From: an uncultured Clostridia bacterium
GTDB lineage: Bacteria > Bacillota > Clostridia > Oscillospirales > Ruminococcaceae
NCBI GenBank assembly: GCA_947623585.1
Contig: CANQHA010000006.1
Span: 56,253-120,252, forward strand
Length of the DNA stretch: 64,000 nucleotides
Direction: 5' to 3'
This document shows, in pieces, positions 58,443 to 64,000 of this stretch. Every line of letters begins with the position of its first letter. Position 1 is the first letter of the stretch. The notes beneath the pieces are model-generated. The model was given only the letters and a program-made list of their open reading frames with translations. It made no database searches and was not told where the DNA came from. Both the position numbers and the translations under genes were made by a program.

Positions 58443-58715
58443 ATGGGCTTGCAAAACACTTTGCGGGCGCTTGCCGACCCGACCCGCCGCGAGATCCTCG
58501 ACCTTTTAAAAGGCGGCGCGCTTTCGGCGGGAGAGATCAGTGAGAGGTTTCAAATCAGCGCCGCGGCGATATCGCGGCATCTTTCGGTGCTGAAGGACGC
58601 CGACCTGATACGCGACCGCAGAGAGGGGAAGTTCATTTTTTATGAGCTCAACGCCTCGGTTTTGGAAGAAATAATTCTCTGGATAAAAAATTTGGGAGGT
58701 AATGAAAATGATTAA
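58443..58715 (+). CDS. ArsR-family autorepressor, SdpR-like
   Basis: LADPTRREILDLL...SAGEISERFQISAAAISRHLSVLKDADLI winged HTH. Overlaps the following SdpI-like gene. Confidence 0.8.
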   Translation: MGLQNTLRALADPTRREILDLLKGGALSAGEISERFQISAAAISRHLSVLKDADLIRDRREGKFIFYELNASVLEEIILWIKNLGGNEND

Positions 58716-59367
58716 AAAATATCTGCCTACGCTTATAATCACCGCGCTGCTCACCGTTTTGCCGATAGCTTTTGGGCTCTTTTTGTGGAGCAGGCTGCCC
58801 GACCCGATGCCCTCGCACTTCAATTCTGCGGGCGAGGCAGACGGCTTTACGTCAAAGGCGTTTGTCGTCTTTGCGCTGCCCGCGGCGATGCTTTTGGTGC
58901 ATATTGTCTGCGCGGCGGTAACGCTCATGGACCCTAAGCGCAAAAACATCGACGGCAAGCCGTTTTTGATGGTCCTCTGGATATGCCCGGCAATGTCGAT
59001 ACTCGTAAACGGCATGGTATATGCCTATGCTCTCGGCAAAAAGATAAACATAACGACCTGCGTGCTGATCGGCTGCGGAATACTGTTTATAATCCTCGGC
59101 AACTATCTGCCGAAGTGCGGGCAAAACTATTCCATCGGCATAAAAACGCCTTGGGCCTTAAACGACGAGGACAACTGGCGTGCCACTCACCGTTTCGGAG
59201 GCAAGGTATTTGTGGCGGTCGGGGTTATAACCGTGATTTTGGCGTTTATCGTTACGAGTTCGTCGGTGCTTTTCTGGGTATATTTTGCGCTCATGATTCT
59301 CGCAAGCGCCACCCCGATGGTTTATTCCTACATCTACTATCTGCGGCACGGCAAGAAAGAGGATTAA
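58702..59367 (+). CDS. SdpI-family membrane protein (DUF1648 plus SdpI domains)
   Basis: LPDPMPSHFN..G..DG N-terminal pattern and NYSIGIKTPWALNDEDNWRATHRFGGK SdpI signature. Confidence 0.8.
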   Translation: MKMIKKYLPTLIITALLTVLPIAFGLFLWSRLPDPMPSHFNSAGEADGFTSKAFVVFALPAAMLLVHIVCAAVTLMDPKRKNIDGKPFLMVLWICPAMSILVNGMVYAYALGKKINITTCVLIGCGILFIILGNYLPKCGQNYSIGIKTPWALNDEDNWRATHRFGGKVFVAVGVITVILAFIVTSSSVLFWVYFALMILASATPMVYSYIYYLRHGKKED

Positions 59368-60165
59368 ATGTTTTCAGTTTCAACAATAATTTTTATGGCG
59401 GCGACGGCAATATTTTGCGTCGCAATGCCGGTGATTTTGGCGGTAATATTCAAAGCAAGGGTGAAAACCGCGCCTGTTTCGGCGCTTGTTGTCGGAGCAG
59501 CGGCGTTTATCATCTTCGCGCTTGTGCTTGAGCAGCTTCTCCACGCTATAATGCTTCCGCTCGTCTCGGGCAGCGATGTCGCATACATAATTTATGGCGC
59601 GCTTGCGGCGGGCATATTTGAGGAGACTGCCAGATTTTTGGCGTTCAAGACGGTTTTAAAAAATCATGATTCGCCGAAAACCGCGGTCATGTACGGAATC
59701 GGTCACGGCGGCTGCGAGGCGGTGATCATCTTGGGCATGACGATGATATCGGGCATAGTAATCGCGATAATCGTTAATTCAATGGGCATAGATGAGATGA
59801 TAAAGCTCGCCTCGGCGGGCAGACCCGAGCTCGAAGAAACGGCAAGGCTTCAAATCGAATCGCTGGCGGCTTTCGGGCTTTCAAATATGATACTGTCGCT
59901 TTTTGAAAGGGCGATGACGATGGCGCTGCACGTCGCCTTGTCAGTCCTCGTTTTTGAGGGAGCAAGGGTCAAAGGCAGGGCGTGGCTCTATCCGGTGTGC
60001 ATACTTGTTCATGCCGCTTGCGACGTGCCTGCGGTGATGTATCAGCGCGGAATTCTGGGGCTTGCGGCGGTCTATGCCGTAATGACCGTTCTGACAGCGG
60101 CGGCGTCGGTTTTCGCCGCGAGGTCATATAAGAGGCTGAGCCGAGCTTTGGAGCGGGTTGAATAA
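59368..60165 (+). CDS. YhfC-family intramembrane metalloprotease-like protein
   Basis: Polytopic, with FEETARF and GHGGCEA motifs typical of the YhfC family. Confidence 0.7.
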   Translation: MFSVSTIIFMAATAIFCVAMPVILAVIFKARVKTAPVSALVVGAAAFIIFALVLEQLLHAIMLPLVSGSDVAYIIYGALAAGIFEETARFLAFKTVLKNHDSPKTAVMYGIGHGGCEAVIILGMTMISGIVIAIIVNSMGIDEMIKLASAGRPELEETARLQIESLAAFGLSNMILSLFERAMTMALHVALSVLVFEGARVKGRAWLYPVCILVHAACDVPAVMYQRGILGLAAVYAVMTVLTAAASVFAARSYKRLSRALERVE

Positions 60166-60185
60166 ACCGCACATTCGGAGGGCTT

Positions 60186-60568
60186 ATGGAAATTTTTGCG
60201 TTGATATTTGAAATCGTTATCCCGCCGATAATCATTCCGCTTGTGATGATAATAGCCGGCGCGAGCTTCATGACGGCGCTCCGAAAGAAATCAACCAAAT
60301 TTACGGTTATCGCACCGAGATGTCCATGAAAAACAGGGACACATGGGAGTTTGCGCATAGATTTTACGGCAGGCTGAGCTTTGTATTCGGGCTGATCTTG
60401 CTTCCGCTGACCGTCGCGGCGATAGTTTTGCTTTCAAAACGATTCAGCGTCACAACCGCGGTTTTAGCGGTCGCGGGCGTTCAGATACTTCTGCTTTTGG
60501 CCTTGATACTTGCGACCGAAGTCGCGCTGAGAGTGAAATTTGACAAAGACGGAGGGAAAAGGGAGTGA
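60186..60568 (+). pseudogene. small SdpI-family membrane protein interrupted by a frameshift
   Basis: Frame 1 gives MEIFALIFEIVIPPIIIPLVMIIAGASFMTA... and stops at 60326-60328. Frame 3 continues PKEINQIYGYRTEMSMKNRDTWEFAHRFYGRL... Restoring one C near 60279 would give TAPPKEINQIYGYRT. Confidence 0.7.
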
Positions 60569-60571
60569 GCT

Positions 60572-60789
60572 AAGGTATTCAATCTTCCCCTCTCACGAGG
60601 GCAAGATTTCATACTATCGTCTATCACCCCCCGCAGTACGTTTGTCTAAGAGGTAACAAAGCAAAGCCCCCGCCCCTTGAGGGGAGGGGGCGGCTCAATT
60701 GCTTCTATTCGTAGAAAGTGCGCCGAGGGTGGGGTGACTAAACTATAGCATCCATATTTTCCGGCAGAGGAAAATATGGATACCTTTTT
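60572..60789. repeat. mosaic hairpin repeat, copy 3 (C inverted - core B forward - A inverted)
   Basis: 60572-60612 is the reverse complement of module C. 60613-60748 is colinear on the plus strand with the cores of copies 1 and 2. 60749-60789 is the reverse complement of module A. Confidence 0.85.
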
Positions 60790-60793
60790 ACTC

Positions 60794-61369
60794 TCAGCGC
60801 GCAAAAATCCGCACGCACCTAATATAAACCCCATGGCGCGAGGCCGGATCAAAACGGCGCGGAGCGGCGTCGCGGCCGAAAAGGTTATACGCCCTTTTCT
60901 CGCCGCCGCAGGCCGTTACAAACACCGTGTGCAGAGACAGCTTTTTCGCGCCGTTCCAGAACGAGACGATATAGCAGCCGTCCTCGGAGAGGCTTTTTTC
61001 GCTCACGCTTTTCGCCCCGACCCCGAAGCGCTTTAAAACTCTTTTTATCGAAAAAGGGTTGCCGCCGAAAAAGCCGAACGGCCAAAGCGCCAGCGCGCCG
61101 AGGCGAAAATATGCCCGCTTGACCTCGTCAAAACCTCTCGGGCGGCCGAGAAATATAAGCGCGTTATATACCGCCGCGACCTCGCAGGCGCAAAGCTCGG
61201 CCGGCGCAAGATAAAGCCTTTTGCCCGAAAGCCGCGCCTGCCCGAAAATATAGGGCATTTTTTCGGAAATGGGATAAGCCGTGCCGAAAGCGCCGAAAAC
61301 CGAAAGCGGCAGGCTCAGCGCCGACTGGATCCTCAGTAAAATCTCCAAAAGAAGCTGCAAAAACCTCAT
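60794..61369 (-). CDS. hypothetical protein, possibly papain-like (C39-like) cysteine peptidase fold
   Basis: Spacing of ELCACEVAAVYNAL (Cys), GGNPFSIKRVLKRFG and LHTVFV (His) resembles C39-like peptidases. The start overlaps the GH25 stop. Confidence 0.35.
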   Translation of the reverse strand: MRFLQLLLEILLRIQSALSLPLSVFGAFGTAYPISEKMPYIFGQARLSGKRLYLAPAELCACEVAAVYNALIFLGRPRGFDEVKRAYFRLGALALWPFGFFGGNPFSIKRVLKRFGVGAKSVSEKSLSEDGCYIVSFWNGAKKLSLHTVFVTACGGEKRAYNLFGRDAAPRRFDPASRHGVYIRCVRIFAR

Positions 61370-62466
61370 CGGTCGATCTCGGCTCCGTAATCTTTAAAGG
61401 CAATGTTCAAATCGACGTTTCCTTTCACGCCGGGGACCTTGCCGTCCGAGCGGTACTGCCAGATCTCCCACTTATAGGGCAGCGAGGGCGTGTCGTTATA
61501 TTCCGCATACCAGATGTCATAGTCGCTCAGCCTCGCAAGGTCGTATTTCCATACGGTCGTTTTTTTGTTAGCATACAAAACGGTCTCATAGCCGGCGACC
61601 GCAAGCCGCTGAGCAAAAACAAGAAAGTTGTCGGTGAGCTGCTCGGGGTCGATATAGGCGGTTCGAGCAGTGTCTCCGTCGGGATCGCTGACGACCTCCC
61701 AGTCATATGCTATCGGGAAGGTTATGCCGTCAAAATCGTTCAGCGAGTCGATGACAAAATCGGCTTCCTCAAAGGCTTCCTCGGGGGTGAGCGCCTGAGA
61801 AAAGAAATAAACTCCGACCTGAAGCCCCGCGTCGAGCGCGCCTCTGATATTTTGGCGGAAATTCGTGTCCTCGTTTATCAGACCGGTGACATATCCGCGG
61901 TTGCCACAGCGTATCATCGCAAACTCAAAGCCCGCGTTTCTGACGGCTTCCCAGTCGATATCCCCCTGATAGACCGAAACATCGACGCCTGCGATATAAT
62001 TCTCGGGCCCCGAATAGGTCATATAACCGGTCTCCTCGTCGGTCACGAACAGATCTGAGGCATAGGTGTTTCGCTCAACGCCCGCAACGATGGGCATTCT
62101 TATCGGCCCGTAATGCGAATCGTTGAGAATAAAGCCCTCCTCGCTGAGAGTGTGCTCATATTCCACCGACGGGTCGATTATGGTGTAGGTCGGCACCTCG
62201 ACGACGACCTCTTTTTCAACCTCGACCACCTCGGGCACAACGGTTCCCTGCTCCATGCTCCAGCCGACCCCGACAACGATAAGCGCGATGCTCAAAAAAA
62301 CAACGGCCGCCGCAAGCGAGATTATCGAGATTATGTATGCCTTAGCCGACGACTTCTCACGCCTTGCGCGCGCCTGCTCGGTTCTTAATGAAAGCTCCCT
62401 CAATTCGTCGTATACCTGCGCCGCCGAGGGCTGCCCGCTTCCGCTGAATTCCAACTTGTCTGCCAT
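61366..62466 (-). CDS. membrane-anchored GH25 muramidase (lysozyme)
   Basis: ATG 62466 after GGAAAGGAAA. TM helix. GVDVSVYQGDIDW, FAMIRCG and VGVYFFS GH25 motifs. Confidence 0.8.
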   Translation of the reverse strand: MADKLEFSGSGQPSAAQVYDELRELSLRTEQARARREKSSAKAYIISIISLAAAVVFLSIALIVVGVGWSMEQGTVVPEVVEVEKEVVVEVPTYTIIDPSVEYEHTLSEEGFILNDSHYGPIRMPIVAGVERNTYASDLFVTDEETGYMTYSGPENYIAGVDVSVYQGDIDWEAVRNAGFEFAMIRCGNRGYVTGLINEDTNFRQNIRGALDAGLQVGVYFFSQALTPEEAFEEADFVIDSLNDFDGITFPIAYDWEVVSDPDGDTARTAYIDPEQLTDNFLVFAQRLAVAGYETVLYANKKTTVWKYDLARLSDYDIWYAEYNDTPSLPYKWEIWQYRSDGKVPGVKGNVDLNIAFKDYGAEIDR

Positions 62467-62614
62467 TTCTTTTTCCTTTCCGTAAAAACCACATTCGGGC
62501 CCTGCGACCCGTTCCAATCTTTTTCGACAATTTAAGTTTATCATATCGCCGAACGATTGTAAAGCGATTATCGGAAAATGCTTTCAAATAACCGAAATAA
62601 TTTTGCATAACCCC

Positions 62615-62643
62615 TTGCAATCTTTGAAAAAGTGTGATACAAT
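62615..62643 (+). promoter_or_regulatory. sigma-A promoter upstream of tRNA-Ser
   Basis: TTGCAA, 17-nt spacer, TACAAT. Confidence 0.5.
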
Positions 62644-62672
62644 AACGATTGCCGACCCTGAGTCGGCAGCCC

Positions 62673-62721
62673 GGAGCAGTATCGAAGTGGTCATAACGGG
62701 CTCGACTCGAAAACTGATTGG
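62673..62721 (+). pseudogene. 5'-half fragment of a tRNA-Ser gene
   Basis: GGAGCAGTATCGAAGTGGTCATAACGGGCTCGACTCGAAAACTGATTGG compared with the intact gene GGAGACGTATCGAAGTGGTCATAACGGGAACGACTCGAAATCGTTTGG. The anticodon stem no longer pairs and the 3' half is absent. Confidence 0.75.
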
Positions 62722-62840
62722 ATATTTTTGGAAAATTTCTCGGAAAGTGCTTTATTTTCGGGACTTTGTAGGCTTGGCAATTTTTCTGTTCTCTCTATCA
62801 GTTCTCTCCTGATTTTGAGGGACTAAAATTGAATAAATTT

Positions 62841-62934
62841 GGAGACGTATCGAAGTGGTCATAACGGGAACGACTCGAAATCGTTTGGCGGGTGATGAGC
62901 CTGCCCGTGGGTTCGAATCCCACCGTCTCCGCCA
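62841..62934 (+). tRNA. tRNA-Ser (anticodon CGA), CCA encoded
   Basis: Folded by hand: acceptor GGAGACG/CGTCTCC, anticodon arm AACGA-CTCGAAA-TCGTT, long variable arm GGCGGG..CCTGCC, T arm GTGGG-TTCGAAT-CCCAC, discriminator G plus CCA. Confidence 0.9.
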
Positions 62935-64000
62935 CGGCGTCGCAAGCTTCATATCGCTTGCGGCGCTTTCTTCATGCTTCGCATTTGAAATCGCCGCTTC
63001 ACTCATTCCGCGCGCAGACGCGATTATTTCTCCGTGAGACACCCGAGGCAATCGTTGTCGCCGAGGGCAGTCGAGCGGCAAGAAATAATGCTTCTGCATA
63101 CGCCTTTACCCCCACAAACGCAGGCGTTTGCGGGGACCCCTGTCGCAAGCCGCATATCTTCTTACAGCGATTTAATGCCCAAACCGCTCATGAGCGCGCC
63201 CGCTGAATCAAGCTTAGAAGAATAGTCCAGATGAGCATAGATGTTAGCCGTTGTGCTGTAATCGCTATGTCCGAGCCATTCTTGGATCTGCTTCATCGGA
63301 ACGCCGTTCGCCAAAAGAAGTGACGCGCAGCTGTGCCGGAGGTCGTGGAACCTTATCCGTCTCAAACCGTTTTCCTCTAACAGCTTTGGAAAGCTGTCGG
63401 TCAGATAGTGCGGCTTGATTAAATCTCCTATCTCCGTAACGCAGATATAGCCTAAGTATTCCTTATTATAGCTGCGCCCGCAAAGTCGGCGATTTTCTTC
63501 CTGCTCCTCTTTCAGCTCAAGCAGCCTTTCCCGCATAAACGGAACAAGCGGCAGCGTCCTAAGACTTGATTTGGTCTTGGTAGTATCTGATTCAACAAGC
63601 GTCAGCTTGCCGTCCACATTGCAGACCGTGACTGTGTGGCAGATTGTAATGGTGTTTTTGCCGAAGTCAATCGCGTCCCACCTAAGTCCTAACGCTTCAC
63701 TTCTTCTAAGTCCGTAAAACGCGCCTAAGAGAATCGGAATTTCAATCTTTGTTCCTTTGGAAACCTCAAACAACCTGTTCATCTCGCCCGAATCGTAATA
63801 CTGCCCGACAAACCGTTCTTTCTTTGGCAGAGTAACTTTTTCAGAGGGATTGGAATCAATCAAATCAAGCTTGATGGCATACTTTAATGCCGAATGGATA
63901 TTTGCGTGGTAATGTTTGATTGACGACGCGCTCACTCTCTTTAACTCATCGAGATAAAATTCTTGAATATCTCTCGCCGTGAGCTTTTTGAGCGTTACCC
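62931..64000. mobile_element. probable left end of an integrative element inserted at the 3' end of tRNA-Ser
   Basis: The integrase gene converges on the tRNA 3' end about 230 bp away. The rest of the element would lie outside the window. Confidence 0.45.
63162..64000 (-). CDS. tyrosine-type site-specific integrase (C-terminal part; N-terminus beyond window end)
   Basis: RFHDLRHSCASLLL and GHSDYSTTANIYAHL catalytic motifs. The frame stays open past the GTG at 63935 to the window end (...LTARDIQEFYLDELKRVSASS...). Confidence 0.85.
   Translation of the reverse strand, partial: VTLKKLTARDIQEFYLDELKRVSASSIKHYHANIHSALKYAIKLDLIDSNPSEKVTLPKKERFVGQYYDSGEMNRLFEVSKGTKIEIPILLGAFYGLRRSEALGLRWDAIDFGKNTITICHTVTVCNVDGKLTLVESDTTKTKSSLRTLPLVPFMRERLLELKEEQEENRRLCGRSYNKEYLGYICVTEIGDLIKPHYLTDSFPKLLEENGLRRIRFHDLRHSCASLLLANGVPMKQIQEWLGHSDYSTTANIYAHLDYSSKLDSAGALMSGLGIKSL

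Noticed and set aside
61366-62466. GH25 lysozyme as a prophage endolysin belonging to the integrase-associated element
   Set aside because: It lies on the chromosomal (5') side of the tRNA-Ser gene, outside the expected element. It has a TM anchor rather than a lysin architecture, and it has no holin or structural phage genes nearby.

Overview
Chromosomal segment (by eye about 55-58% GC) from a spore-forming Firmicute, probably a Clostridia/Oscillospirales-like organism. All protein calls come from my own motif and synteny recognition on the supplied ORF track. No database search was possible. Layout: (1) 1-12.8 kb, minus strand, the S10-spc ribosomal protein cluster (rpsJ through rplO, secY, adk, map, KOW protein, infA) behind a long leader. 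(2) 12.9-15.3 kb, a lipoprotein plus yabR-divIC-yabQ-yabP sporulation/division genes. (3) 15.8-20.6 kb, three tandem, independently transcribed orphan solute-binding lipoprotein paralogs. (4) 20.7-24.9 kb, a degenerate MBOAT-like/SH3b pair and an HtrA-like protease. (5) 25.6-32.3 kb, amidohydrolase, CotF-like coat protein, mreBCD, PBP2 and an MgsA-like protein. (6) T-box-hisS-aspS. (7) an XRE-TPR regulator. (8) ylxM-ffh-rpsP-KH-rimM-trmD. (9) HPr, a PucR-type regulator, ftsEX, a coiled-coil M23 peptidase and an S41 peptidase. (10) rpsT, gpr, acpP. (11) a Trp T-box followed by trpE-G-(GNAT-like insert)-D-C-F-B-A plus a methyltransferase. (12) an sdpR/sdpI/yhfC-like membrane cassette. (13) a GH25 muramidase pair, then tRNA-Ser(CGA) with a tyrosine integrase at the window edge. 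The most unusual signal is a roughly 220-bp modular hairpin-rich repeat present three times (25.2, 58.0 and 60.6 kb). Its central core is inverted relative to its flanking modules in one copy, and two copies bracket the sdpRI-like cassette. Other points worth follow-up: catalytically degenerate MBOAT-like and MgsA-like proteins, an uncharacterised GNAT-like gene inside the trp operon, a terminator-containing S10 leader, and a frameshifted SdpI-like gene. No CRISPR array, rRNA gene or complete transposon/prophage was seen.
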